In this document: piece by piece, positions 18,465-28,770 of the stretch
Layout: each line of letters begins with the position of its first letter
How positions within the stretch are numbered: position 1 is the stretch's first letter
NCBI GenBank assembly: GCA_950097225.1
Contig: CATNCE010000001.1
Location: 121,110-185,109 of the forward strand
Source: an uncultured Bacilli bacterium
GTDB taxonomy: Bacteria; Bacillota_I; Bacilli_A; RF39; UBA660
Reading direction: 5' to 3'
DNA: 64,000 nucleotides
The notes under the pieces: generated by a model
The model's database searches: none
What the model was told of the DNA's origin: nothing
What the model saw: only the letters and a program-made list of their open reading frames with translations
Program-made: the position numbers and the translations under genes

Positions 18465-20189
18465 CTAATGTTTTAATTTGGCTGTTTTTTCTTCAGTTAA
18501 TAGTTCATCAAAAACAATTCCCTTTTGCAATTTTTCTCTTAGAGATGTACTTATAATTTCGTAGTTGTGATTTTTAAATATATCTTTTATGATGTCTATT
18601 TGCTGAAATGTGTTTTTCTGTAGGTCATAGTGGTAATAAAATTCGTCTTCAAAATCAAAGAAGCTAGGAATGTGGAATACGATTTCATAGTGATGTGTTA
18701 TTTCGTTGTAGAGAGTATAGTAGCGGATGCGATTAGCGGTTGGAGGAATGCTATTATTGTATGCTGGGGCTTGTCCGCAATTTAGACTGCTTAGTTCCTC
18801 AAATATAAGTGGGATAATTTTGTTAAAACAATGGATTTGCTCACTATATTCTAGAGAATTAAAGGCTGTTGGAGGAGTGTTGACATTAAAAACAATAGAA
18901 AACATTGCCTTGAATTTTTCGTTAATATAGTTTGATTTGATATATGGTTTATCGTTTACTAATTCGATATTTTTTTCAAATATGCTTACTTCTGGTAAGA
19001 AATGCATGGCGATACTGCCACGTAGTGCTCGAAATCTTTTTATTCTCTTTAATGTCTCTTGGGTAATATGATTTCTAGAGTAATCTTGATGTAGTTCGAA
19101 AATTATTTGAACATAAGAGTATACTTTATCTAATAATTGTAGATTATCATCATATAATTTGTATGGGCAAACAAGAGATTTCTGTTTACTACGCCATAAC
19201 CCAAAATTAAAGTTAGCAGGTACGGCAAATAACTCTTCATTTTGAATACCATATGTCTCAATCAAATCGGAGTTTAAAAGAGTGCATATTTCTTTTATCC
19301 AATTTTCGAATGTTGTGAATTTTAGGACAGGAGTAGAGATCCCTAGAGACTGTTTTAAGAATCTTTCTACTTCTATTGCTACATTTTTTATTAGTTGGCT
19401 AAAGTATTTTGTAAAAAGGGTTTTGGGTTCGATTGATATAGCACTAATTATGTTATCATCATCATCTAGTAAGGTAAAAAGGTTTTTATATAGAGGAGTG
19501 TCTTTGACTATATATTCGTTATAAATTTTATTATTTAATAAACCTTTTCTTAAAATACTTAAAGAATAATCGTCGTAGTCTAGTTCTTGTTTTTTAGAGA
19601 ATGTAAATCGTGTTTTTAAATAACCAATTTTGTCATCGATGGCTTTTAATTTCTCTTTGGGAATAACTTTAAAAGACAAATCTTCACCTTCGTAGTATTC
19701 ATTGCCATAACTATCATATTTTGGGAATTTTACACCAAAGTGTTCAGTTGCAAAGTTGTTTTTTATGTTGGATAAGTCGTGGGCAATTGTTAGTGCGTAG
19801 TGTGAGTTATCTATATCTAGTGAAAGAATCCAATGAAATACTTTTACTTTTTTCTCTTTATTTAGCCACATGTAGTCGATTGACTTTACTAGGTGTGAAG
19901 GAATATTAGCTCTATCGTAGAATATTTTTAATAAGCGAGCTCCTGAACGGCAAATTATTCGATACCAGTCGACTGTTGTAAAAAGATGTTCACCTGCTTC
20001 GTGAATGCGTTCCATTTCTTCTTTTGATAGTGCGTTTTTTTGAAGTTTTTGAGCTTGGGTTAAGAAAAATTCAGCGTTTTTTTCGACAATTTTTCCAACA
20101 GCAATGTAGATGGCGCGAGCTTGTTCTAGCTGATCCCATTCGTGGTTTAGTGTTGCCATTATTTTTGCTATTTCAGTTTCTAAATCCAT
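18465..20189 (-). CDS. Hypothetical protein, possible N-terminal transglutaminase/papain-like domain
   Basis: 574 aa; ARAIYI..GK, IICRS, FHW, HDL pattern. Confidence 0.6.
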   Translation of the reverse strand: MDLETEIAKIMATLNHEWDQLEQARAIYIAVGKIVEKNAEFFLTQAQKLQKNALSKEEMERIHEAGEHLFTTVDWYRIICRSGARLLKIFYDRANIPSHLVKSIDYMWLNKEKKVKVFHWILSLDIDNSHYALTIAHDLSNIKNNFATEHFGVKFPKYDSYGNEYYEGEDLSFKVIPKEKLKAIDDKIGYLKTRFTFSKKQELDYDDYSLSILRKGLLNNKIYNEYIVKDTPLYKNLFTLLDDDDNIISAISIEPKTLFTKYFSQLIKNVAIEVERFLKQSLGISTPVLKFTTFENWIKEICTLLNSDLIETYGIQNEELFAVPANFNFGLWRSKQKSLVCPYKLYDDNLQLLDKVYSYVQIIFELHQDYSRNHITQETLKRIKRFRALRGSIAMHFLPEVSIFEKNIELVNDKPYIKSNYINEKFKAMFSIVFNVNTPPTAFNSLEYSEQIHCFNKIIPLIFEELSSLNCGQAPAYNNSIPPTANRIRYYTLYNEITHHYEIVFHIPSFFDFEDEFYYHYDLQKNTFQQIDIIKDIFKNHNYEIISTSLREKLQKGIVFDELLTEEKTAKLKH

Positions 20190-20367
20190 AGGTAGTTAGC
20201 TCCATTCCCAGTAATTTTATCATAGTTAAAAGTTGCATACAAGGAAATGCTAGAAATGTTTGTGATAATTATTAAAAAGATTAGGGCATAAATTATAATA
20301 AATAATGGAAAATACATTGATTTTAGGTTGATTATTTGATATATTATTTTTGGCTTTATAAGCTAAT

Positions 20368-20440
20368 AAACACAAGTATTGTTCTTATTGCCTAGTGGCT
20401 AATTGTTGGTGATAAGTAAATGCTTGGAAGAAATAACAAA
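20368..20440 (+). promoter_or_regulatory. Putative rpsB (S2) autoregulatory leader
   Basis: Long 5' UTR with CAAGTATT/AATGCTTG-closed stem flanked by AAACAC and GGAAG..AAC, at the usual S2-leader position. Confidence 0.4.
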
Positions 20441-20454
20441 AGGAGAGTGAAATT

Positions 20455-21366
20455 ATGGCTGTAGTAAGTATGAGTTATTTACTAGAAGCTGGTGTTCATT
20501 TTGGACATCAAACTAAGAGATGGAATCCTAAGATGAAGGAATACATCTTTACTTCAAGAGATGATATTTATATTATTAATCTTGAAAAAACTGTATCATG
20601 TATTGAACGTGCATACGAAGAAATTAAGAAAATTGCTGAAAATGGAGGTTCTTTCTTATTTGTTGGAACTAAAAAACAAGCAGTTGAGGCTTCGATTGAG
20701 GAAGCAACAAGAAGTGAGTCATTCTATGTAACTGAAAGATGGTTAGGTGGAACACTTACTAATTTCCGTACTATTAGAAAGAGAATTAAGAGATTAGAAG
20801 AAATTGAAAATATGGAAACTAATGGTATGTTTGAAGCATTACCTAAAAAAGAGGTAATTGGTTTAAAGAAAGAATATGACAAGTTAAATCGTGTTTTATG
20901 TGGTGTTAGAGCTATGGAGAAACTTCCTAATGCTTTAATCATTGTCGATCCTAAGAAGGAAATTAACGCAATTAGAGAAGCTAGAAAGCTTAATATTCCA
21001 GTATTTGGGCTAGTTGATACTAACTGTGATCCTGATGATGTTGATTTTGTTATTCCAGGTAATGATGATGCTGTTAGATCAGTAAAAGTTGTTCTTGGAG
21101 TATTAACTAATGCCATTTGTGAAGCTAAAGGTTTAGAAATTGTTGATTATATTACTGAAGATGAGAAGACTAAAAAAGATTTTAAAGGTAAAAAAGAAGG
21201 CATGGAAGTAGTTAATGAAGAAGTTTCTAAGGAAATGAAGGATACTGCTGATGCTAATGACTTATCTGATATGACTGTTGCTGATTTACGTACAAAAGCA
21301 AAAGAGGCAGGAGTTAAAGGATATTCAACTATGAAAAAAGATGAATTAATTTCGTCATTAAGCTAA
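20455..21366 (+). CDS. rpsB: 30S ribosomal protein S2 with C-terminal Rho-N-like extension
   Basis: [35 protein letters not shown]. Confidence 0.98.
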   Translation: MAVVSMSYLLEAGVHFGHQTKRWNPKMKEYIFTSRDDIYIINLEKTVSCIERAYEEIKKIAENGGSFLFVGTKKQAVEASIEEATRSESFYVTERWLGGTLTNFRTIRKRIKRLEEIENMETNGMFEALPKKEVIGLKKEYDKLNRVLCGVRAMEKLPNALIIVDPKKEINAIREARKLNIPVFGLVDTNCDPDDVDFVIPGNDDAVRSVKVVLGVLTNAICEAKGLEIVDYITEDEKTKKDFKGKKEGMEVVNEEVSKEMKDTADANDLSDMTVADLRTKAKEAGVKGYSTMKKDELISSLS

Positions 21367-21388
21367 AAAAATAGATTGGAGAATTAAT

Positions 21389-22261
21389 ATGATAAGTGCT
21401 AAAGATGTTAATGAATTAAGAAGTAAAACTGGAGCAGGAATGATGGACTGTAAGAAAGCTCTTGCAGAATCAAATGGAGATATCGAAAAAGCTATTGATT
21501 GGCTAAGAGAAAAAGGTATGGCCACAGCTGCTAAAAAGTCAGGAAGAATAGCTGCTGAGGGACTCGCTAATATATTTGTCGATGGCAATAAAGCTGTTAT
21601 TTTAGAAGTTAATTGTGAGACAGACTTCGTTACAAAGAACGCTGAATTTGTTGAGATGATTGAAAATATTGGAAAATCTATTTTAGCTGGCGATGCTAAG
21701 ACTCTAGAGGAAATAAATGCTTTAGAAGTAGAAGGCACAACTATTGGTGATTATATAGTTGCTAAAACTGCTAAAATTGGAGAAAAGCTTTCTTTGAGAA
21801 GAGCAGAGATAATTACTAAAGAAGATGGTGATAACTTTGGATCATATCTTCATATGGGTGGAAAAATTGCTGTTTTAGTTGTAACTGAGGGTGCTGATGA
21901 GGAAACTGCTAAAGATGTTGCTATGCAAGCAGCGGCGATGCGTCCTGCATATTTGAAAAAAGAAGACGTTCCAGCAGATGTTATTGCTCGTGAAAAAGAA
22001 ATTTTAAAAGAGCAAGCTGTTAATGAAGGAAAACCTGCTGATATTGCTGAAAAAATGGTTGAGGGACGTATTAATAAGTTCTATAAAGAGAATTGTTTAA
22101 TACATCAAGCATTTGTTAAGAATGGGGACATTGATGTTGAAACTTTTGTTAAAAACAACAATGGTTCAGTTAAATCAATGATTCGTTTCGAAGTTGGTGA
22201 AGGAATGGAAAAACGTTCTGAGAACTTTGCTGAAGAAGTTGCTAAACAAATAAATGGATAA
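21389..22261 (+). CDS. tsf: Elongation factor Ts
   Basis: TGAGMMDCKKAL, EVNCETDFV, follows rpsB. Confidence 0.98.
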   Translation: MISAKDVNELRSKTGAGMMDCKKALAESNGDIEKAIDWLREKGMATAAKKSGRIAAEGLANIFVDGNKAVILEVNCETDFVTKNAEFVEMIENIGKSILAGDAKTLEEINALEVEGTTIGDYIVAKTAKIGEKLSLRRAEIITKEDGDNFGSYLHMGGKIAVLVVTEGADEETAKDVAMQAAAMRPAYLKKEDVPADVIAREKEILKEQAVNEGKPADIAEKMVEGRINKFYKENCLIHQAFVKNGDIDVETFVKNNNGSVKSMIRFEVGEGMEKRSENFAEEVAKQING

Positions 22262-22268
22262 TAAATAT

Positions 22269-22291
22269 AAAAGTGCTTAGGCACTTTTTTT
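22269..22291 (+). terminator. Rho-independent terminator after tsf (likely bidirectional)
   Basis: AAAAGTGC-TTAG-GCACTTTTTTT. Confidence 0.8.
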
Positions 22292-22322
22292 GTTGTATAA
22301 ATAGCATAAAAAAGATGAAATA

Positions 22323-25118
22323 TTATTCTATTTCATCTTCTTGATTTATATTATTTAAAAAAGTGTTTAGAAGTACTTCATCAATGGCGCTTCCTATTTC
22401 ATCTTCGTTGTTATCAATAGTAAAATAATCATTTTCAATAGAGTACTCATTATTTTTCTCATCAACTTTTATTTTTAAGTCATTTTCTTCATCAATATTT
22501 ACATTTATACTATCTTTTTTGTTCTTTACATCATCTTGTATTATGATATTTAGATCATTTTCTTCATTTATATCTACAGGAATATCTTTCTTATTTTGCT
22601 TTTTTTCCAAGGTGACTAGAGTAGTAGATGTATCTATGTCATCAATACTTACTTTTACATCTTTTTTCTTTATTTTTTTGGTATCAGTACTTAACGTTAG
22701 GTTGTTATCTTCGTCAGTAATTGCAACTTTTATAGATTTTTTCTTTGGTTTATCTTTGATGTTGGTAGTACCAAGTATTTCGTCAAGCTCACTTTCGGAT
22801 AACTCAATTATTGGTGAATTGTTTTCGATACTTTCTAAGGTTTCAATTGTTGCATCAGTCTCTACATCGAATAATGATAAGTCATTTTTATAATTAAGTT
22901 TGTCATTAAATTGTTGTAATAAATTTTGCTTATCAGCAATAGTAAGCTTCTTTGAATTCTTTATTCTTTCGATAAAATTATCGATCAACACTTTTAGGTT
23001 ATCATTTATTGGGCTAGTTGCTAACTTATTAATAAGTTTAGTTGTGTTTATAATAAATTTCTTCTTGCCAATTGTGTTAAATGCGTTTAGTAATTCGCTT
23101 TCGTAAGTATTAATTGCTTCTTCTTGAATATCAAGGATTTCAATTTCTTCTTTTGGCTCTGCTAGGATTTCATGATCATCTAATATTTTTATTTCATCTA
23201 ATGTTTCTAGTTGCTCATTTTTAGAATCATCAGCTTGGCTTGCTTTAAGTTCTGGAACAACTCTTTCATCAGCTATAACTTCAATTTCCTCATCAGAATC
23301 ATTGTCTTCAGGGTTCTTTAGTTCATCAGTATCAATTTCAATAATACGTTTTTTCTTCTTTTTCTTTTTTACTGGTTTGATAATGACTTCTTCATCATCC
23401 TCATCAGAATCATCTGCAAGATTAGCAAGATTTTTTAGTCCAGTTAATCCGGATAATAACTCAGGAGTAATATTGATATTTATTGGTCCATTAAGGTTTT
23501 GCGGAGTAGACATACCACTTGAAGAATCGGTTATTTGATTTTCCAATCCTAGTTGAGTACCAGATCCTAAATCATCTTCTAGATCAATAAGTTTAATGAT
23601 TTCCTCAAATGATGTTTTGCCATCCACAACTTTTTCTAAACCATCTTGAAGCATTGTCTCTGTTCCATTTTCACTGTAAACTAAATTTCTTAAGATATTT
23701 TTAGGAACACCTTTAGTAATTGCATCTTGAATAGTTTGATTAAGAAGTAGAACTTCTTGAATGGCGATACGGCCACGATATCCTCTAGAACAGCTTGGAC
23801 AGCCAACAGGTTCATAAATATTATCAATCGTTTTCTTCAATACTTTTTGAAATATTTCTTTTTCATAGTCGTTAGTTGGACGAAGGTGACGACACTTTGG
23901 ACAAAGACGTCGTGCAAGTTTTTGTGAAACTATTCCAGCTAGGGCAGTACCTAGTAAGTATCTTTCAACCGACATATCTGTTAAACGTTCAATTGTATTT
24001 AAAGAGTTATTAGTATGAATAGTTGATAATACTAAATGTCCAGTAATACTAGCTCTAACGGCTATACGAGCAGTTTCATCGTCACGAATCTCTCCGATCA
24101 TTATTACATCTGGGTCTTGACGAAGAATAGAACGGAGAACACTAGCAAATGTTAAACCAATTTCTGAAACGGCTTGAACTTGATTTATTCCGCCAATATT
24201 CATTTCTATTGGGTCTTCAACGGTAACTAGGTTTGTTCCTTCGACATTAAGTTTTTGAAGCATAGAATATACAGTTGTTGATTTACCTGATCCAGTGGCT
24301 CCAGTAACTAAGATGATTCCATTGGGAAGACTAAGCATTTTATTGACTTTTTCAAGGTTTTTTTTGTTAAAATCTAGTGCTTCGACACCGGATGCACTCA
24401 TAGAGTAGTCCATAATACGAATAACGATTTTCTCACCCATATTAGTCGGCAAACAAGATACACGTAAGTCGATGGTCTTATTAGCAAGTTCTGTACGAAT
24501 TGCTCCATCTTGAGGAGTACGAGACTCTGTTATATTCATTCCTGAAATGATTTTAACACGCGTTATCATATTCTTTTTTACGAATAAAGGAACGATAGAG
24601 TAGTCATTTAATTGTCCGTCAATACGGATACGAATTTTTATACCATCGTCGAATGGATCGAAATGGATGTCTGATGCCCCTTTATTTATGGCATCAAGAA
24701 TAATCGAATTAACAATATCAGTAATAGGGACATTATTGTAGTCAAATGTTACCATACCTTCCATTAATTCTTTATCGTCCATTTGATGTTGTGATGTTGA
24801 AATAACAGGGGGTACTTCACCTTGAGCAGTATTTAAAGCATTTGCGACAGCAGATTGTTCAATGTTTGTTTCTGTAATAGGGTTTTGATTGTTGGCAATT
24901 GGACCAATATAGTTACCATTCTCATCAATTAGTGATGGATCGATAGGATTTCCTTGTTCATCGACATATTGAGTTTCACCAATATAGTTGCCATTCTCAT
25001 CAATTAAGGATGGATCAATAGGATTTCCAAATTCATCAACGTACTGTGTTTGGATAGCATTACCGAATTCATCTGTAATTTGAGTATTGTTATCAACTAT
25101 GTTTTGTCCATTATTCAT
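22323..25118 (-). CDS. pilB: PilB/GspE-family pilus assembly ATPase with repeat N-terminus and long acidic tail
   Basis: ASDIHFDP, PQDG, TGATGSGKST, TVEDPIE, LRQDPDVIMIGEIRD, TGHLVLSTIH, CPKC..CPSC. Confidence 0.9.
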   Translation of the reverse strand: MNNGQNIVDNNTQITDEFGNAIQTQYVDEFGNPIDPSLIDENGNYIGETQYVDEQGNPIDPSLIDENGNYIGPIANNQNPITETNIEQSAVANALNTAQGEVPPVISTSQHQMDDKELMEGMVTFDYNNVPITDIVNSIILDAINKGASDIHFDPFDDGIKIRIRIDGQLNDYSIVPLFVKKNMITRVKIISGMNITESRTPQDGAIRTELANKTIDLRVSCLPTNMGEKIVIRIMDYSMSASGVEALDFNKKNLEKVNKMLSLPNGIILVTGATGSGKSTTVYSMLQKLNVEGTNLVTVEDPIEMNIGGINQVQAVSEIGLTFASVLRSILRQDPDVIMIGEIRDDETARIAVRASITGHLVLSTIHTNNSLNTIERLTDMSVERYLLGTALAGIVSQKLARRLCPKCRHLRPTNDYEKEIFQKVLKKTIDNIYEPVGCPSCSRGYRGRIAIQEVLLLNQTIQDAITKGVPKNILRNLVYSENGTETMLQDGLEKVVDGKTSFEEIIKLIDLEDDLGSGTQLGLENQITDSSSGMSTPQNLNGPININITPELLSGLTGLKNLANLADDSDEDDEEVIIKPVKKKKKKKRIIEIDTDELKNPEDNDSDEEIEVIADERVVPELKASQADDSKNEQLETLDEIKILDDHEILAEPKEEIEILDIQEEAINTYESELLNAFNTIGKKKFIINTTKLINKLATSPINDNLKVLIDNFIERIKNSKKLTIADKQNLLQQFNDKLNYKNDLSLFDVETDATIETLESIENNSPIIELSESELDEILGTTNIKDKPKKKSIKVAITDEDNNLTLSTDTKKIKKKDVKVSIDDIDTSTTLVTLEKKQNKKDIPVDINEENDLNIIIQDDVKNKKDSINVNIDEENDLKIKVDEKNNEYSIENDYFTIDNNEDEIGSAIDEVLLNTFLNNINQEDEIE
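24901..25080 (-). repeat. Tandem coding repeat in PilB N-terminus (YVDExGNPIDPSLIDENGNYIG x2 plus partial)
   Basis: Two near-identical ~75-bp units. Confidence 0.85.
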
Positions 25119-25224
25119 ACATGATCAACCCTGTCTATTTTATTCCATAATAATTATACAATAGAAAGTCAAATTAAGTCAACCGATTAATAGCTTTTTA
25201 GTTGGGTGCAAATAAAAAAGGAAA

Positions 25225-25524
25225 TTATTCTCCCTTTAACCATTGATATTTAGTAAATTCTAGTAGTGTTTTTATTAGCACTGATGGGTTTTCGATTTCG
25301 TTTTTGTTATCTTTATTAATGGCTTTAATCTCGATTTCGTTATTCTTTATTGAATGACTTGATTCATCGTAGGTGTTAGTAGGTTCTAAAAATTTAGAGT
25401 AAAGCGATTCGTCTGTTAAATCAAACTCACAAGGACATGTATATTCAATTACTTTTCTTGTATATTTGTTATCTCGTTCTTCCCATTTTGTCTTTACTTC
25501 AATGATAAAATTGTTATTTTTCAT
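25225..25524 (-). CDS. Hypothetical protein
   Basis: AAAGGGGA RBS before ATG at 25524; ~99 aa. Confidence 0.55.
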   Translation of the reverse strand: MKNNNFIIEVKTKWEERDNKYTRKVIEYTCPCEFDLTDESLYSKFLEPTNTYDESSHSIKNNEIEIKAINKDNKNEIENPSVLIKTLLEFTKYQWLKGE

Positions 25525-25601
25525 AGACATTCCCCTTTGATTGCTGTGTATTCTAGCACATTTTATGCAATTCGTCAAAAAAAGACTAGAATTTCTAGCC
25601 T

Positions 25602-28600
25602 TTAGCATGATTTGCTGATATCAATCGTTTTATTTCGAGTACTTCCTCCATATGTTACGGAGAATATAACCTTATATTGTTCACCATTTTTCATCTCATT
25701 GCAATTGACCGCATTGCCATCGCTTAGATAGCAGCCAGTTACTTTGATATTAGCTTTATTAGTGACATTTTGACCATTTGATATGATTCTTAGTTTATCA
25801 GATGGAGCAGGGCCAAGATTATTATACGAGTCAACAGTTGAGCATGATAGAGGATACTCTATTGAGTATGTTGTGCTAGGGGTTGTTCCTGTTGATGTAT
25901 TAGGCACGACATTAACTGTTACTCCTGATGATTGATTAGCTTTAAATTTTTGATAGCTTGCTTTAACTATGAATTTTGTTTCAGCTGTTATACTTAAGTT
26001 AACTGTGAAGTTGTTCGATTGAGTGAATCCTAAATCGGTTGTACCATCTTGGGTTACCATATATACTTGGTAGCCAAATGTTCCAAAATAACTATTGTTA
26101 AAAGCAATTCGTTCTTGAAGATATTTTTCTGCCCATGGTTTATAAGCTTTACTTTCGTTAAAGTAATTAGTTAAGTATTCTGTATTAAGTTGGTTTGGAG
26201 TAGGAGCTTGTGTCCATGATAGATTGACTGAGTTAGCACTCCAAGTGTATTTTATATCCGATGGATTAGCAAGTTTATCAAAGCGATCAGAAACTTCATG
26301 TGGTTCAGTACCTTTTTTAAAGTATTCAACACTTCTTAAATCAGCTGGGGTATCAGCGCTTGCAAGTTTGATTGGATCAGTTCCAAGTTCAATCTCGACT
26401 GAAACAACGGAAGCAGGTTTAGTGAAACGTGAATTTTTAGCAATTAACTTCGATGTTAACTTTTTAGTTATTTCTTTTCTGGCATTACCACCTTCTGTAC
26501 TAGTTAAGTGGAATTTTTGATTTAATGGATCTGGATATCCATACCATAGTGCAATAACAGTATCAGGAGAGTAGGCAACTTCCCAAGAGTCACCAATGAC
26601 ATTTCCTTTTATTCCAGCAGCTTTCTTGGCAGCGGCATCAACGGTAGATGTACCAGTTTTAGCACAAAGATCAGTTCCAGAAACGGAACCAGCTCCAACA
26701 GAACCAGAAGTAACCGCGTATTTTAACATCATATTGATAATATAAGCAGTCGATTCACTCATAGCTTGTTTTTTCTTTGGCGTAGTAGTTATAACTTCCC
26801 CAGTTTCACTTAATTCGATTTTATAAAATGAATATGGTTCGATATAAGTACCTCCACGAGCAAACGTAGCATAAGCAGCTGCTGCTTGAACAGGGCTAAC
26901 TCCGTCGAATCCACCGATCGAGGCTGATTCAACTATATAACCATTTTTATCTTCGGGATGCCAATTAAGATTATTGACAAATTCTAATTTTTGTTCGTTA
27001 GTAGTCTGCTGGAAGGTGAATAATGCAGGAATGTTACGAGATCCAGCTAGAGCTTTTTTGGCAGTCATTGGGCCTTTGAAATCGTTGTCGAAGTTCTTTA
27101 TCTGGCCTCCACCGGTGTAAGTATATTTATCATCTATAACAGTTGTTCCTGTCCCCCAGCCAGCATATTCAATGGCAGGACCATAATCGAGAACAGGTTT
27201 AGCAATAGAACCAGGATGACGTGATATAGAAGTTGCATAGTTTAATTTTAATTGTCCAGGATCACGGCTGGCACCAACGGCTTTTATGGATCCATCTTCG
27301 ACATTGATAACAGCGATACCAGCTTGCGCAACATCGTTTTTCCATTTAAAGTTTTTTCCTGTAATAATGTCATTTACATGTGATTGTGCTTCTAAGTCAA
27401 AGCTTGTGTAAACGGTCATAGAGTTATAGTTTGGATCATAACCAGTACGTCTTATAACTTCAGGAATTACAGTGTCAAGGGTATCTTGATGTTCAAATGC
27501 CGATGATGATGTACCAACTAATAAACTAGATAGGGGAATAGCTTTGGCAGTATCCCTTTCTTCTTCGGTTATGTAGCCATGGCGACACATTAAGTTTAAG
27601 ATAGTATTACGACGATTCTCTGCTGCTTTAGGATGTGCATATGGATCGTATGAGTCAGGAGCCTGATATAATCCAGCGATAGTAGCGGCTTCAACTAAAG
27701 TAAGCTCTGAAACAGATTTACCAAAGTATGTTTTACTCGCTTGTTCAACTCCGTAAGTTCCCGATCCAAGATAAGGAATATTGGCGTAGAACTCTAATAT
27801 TTGTTCTTTAGTATAATTTTTTTCGAAGACAAATACTGCTAGATATATGTCTTGAAATTTTCTTTTTATTCCCGCAAAACCAGTACTTTTGTCGTTGGTT
27901 GCGGCTAATTTTGACACTTGCATGGTTAGTGTTGAACCTCCACCAGCGTCACTTCTACCTAGTAATTGGCCAATAACAGCTTTTGTGAAACGCGCGATGT
28001 CAATTCCGTTATGTTGGAAGAATCGTGAATCTTCTGCTGATACGATAGCGTCTATTAAAACCTCAGGTAAGTAGTCATAAGTTATTTTTTCACGATTTTC
28101 ACTACCACGACGAGCATAGACGTTGCCATTTTTATCTAAGAAAACTGATGAACTCGATTTATATAACCGCTCATTAGATATTTCTGGTGCAGAGGTTACG
28201 ATATAAACACAGAAGACGATGATACATGAGAAACCTGCAATTAACATAAGCATCAGTAGTATTAAGACTTTATCTTTTAATGTTCCATATTTGAATTTCT
28301 TTTTAAATTTTTTCATATCTGATTTAATCACCCTTATTCGATTAATAAAGAAAACCGTTATTTTAGCGAAACCTTCGTAATCACGGTATCTTAGAAGTAT
28401 GGCATCATCGTCAATGTTACGATATTTTTCTAATTTTATTTCTCTGATTTTCTTTTTATAATTTTTTCTTTCTTTACTACTATTATATTTGTTTATGATG
28501 TAATTTTTAACCTTTTTTGAAAATATTAACAGAACTTTACATATTGATAGCAGAAAAATGGTTAATTTTCGTTTAATTTTGGTTTTTTGATTTCTTGTAT

Positions 28601-28769
28601 TGTTTTGATATTTTATGGGTGTAGTATTTTGTTTGTTATTGCTTTGCTTGTTGGTGTTTGGTTTGGTATTAGTATTTTTTTTGCTAACTTTCTTCGTAGT
28701 TTTTCTCTTCTTAGGAATATTTTTAACGTTTCTTTTTGTTGATTTTCTCTTTTTTTTCTTTGTTGCCAT
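25602..28769 (-). CDS. ponA: Class A penicillin-binding protein (PBP1A) with long basic N-terminal extension
   Basis: EDSRFFQHNGID, GGSTLTMQ, SIAK (SxxK), SRN, KTGT; downstream of recU. Confidence 0.93.
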   Translation of the reverse strand: MATKKKKRKSTKRNVKNIPKKRKTTKKVSKKNTNTKPNTNKQSNNKQNTTPIKYQNNTRNQKTKIKRKLTIFLLSICKVLLIFSKKVKNYIINKYNSSKERKNYKKKIREIKLEKYRNIDDDAILLRYRDYEGFAKITVFFINRIRVIKSDMKKFKKKFKYGTLKDKVLILLMLMLIAGFSCIIVFCVYIVTSAPEISNERLYKSSSSVFLDKNGNVYARRGSENREKITYDYLPEVLIDAIVSAEDSRFFQHNGIDIARFTKAVIGQLLGRSDAGGGSTLTMQVSKLAATNDKSTGFAGIKRKFQDIYLAVFVFEKNYTKEQILEFYANIPYLGSGTYGVEQASKTYFGKSVSELTLVEAATIAGLYQAPDSYDPYAHPKAAENRRNTILNLMCRHGYITEEERDTAKAIPLSSLLVGTSSSAFEHQDTLDTVIPEVIRRTGYDPNYNSMTVYTSFDLEAQSHVNDIITGKNFKWKNDVAQAGIAVINVEDGSIKAVGASRDPGQLKLNYATSISRHPGSIAKPVLDYGPAIEYAGWGTGTTVIDDKYTYTGGGQIKNFDNDFKGPMTAKKALAGSRNIPALFTFQQTTNEQKLEFVNNLNWHPEDKNGYIVESASIGGFDGVSPVQAAAAYATFARGGTYIEPYSFYKIELSETGEVITTTPKKKQAMSESTAYIINMMLKYAVTSGSVGAGSVSGTDLCAKTGTSTVDAAAKKAAGIKGNVIGDSWEVAYSPDTVIALWYGYPDPLNQKFHLTSTEGGNARKEITKKLTSKLIAKNSRFTKPASVVSVEIELGTDPIKLASADTPADLRSVEYFKKGTEPHEVSDRFDKLANPSDIKYTWSANSVNLSWTQAPTPNQLNTEYLTNYFNESKAYKPWAEKYLQERIAFNNSYFGTFGYQVYMVTQDGTTDLGFTQSNNFTVNLSITAETKFIVKASYQKFKANQSSGVTVNVVPNTSTGTTPSTTYSIEYPLSCSTVDSYNNLGPAPSDKLRIISNGQNVTNKANIKVTGCYLSDGNAVNCNEMKNGEQYKVIFSVTYGGSTRNKTIDISKSC

Positions 28770-28770
28770 T

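Noticed and set aside
12792-20189. Prophage or integrative element at tRNA-Met or tRNA-Gln
   Set aside because: Orphan-rich, but no integrase, phage genes or duplicated tRNA 3' end (att) was seen
24901-25080. CRISPR-like repeats
   Set aside because: In-frame coding repeats of pilB with no unique spacers; no cas genes in the window
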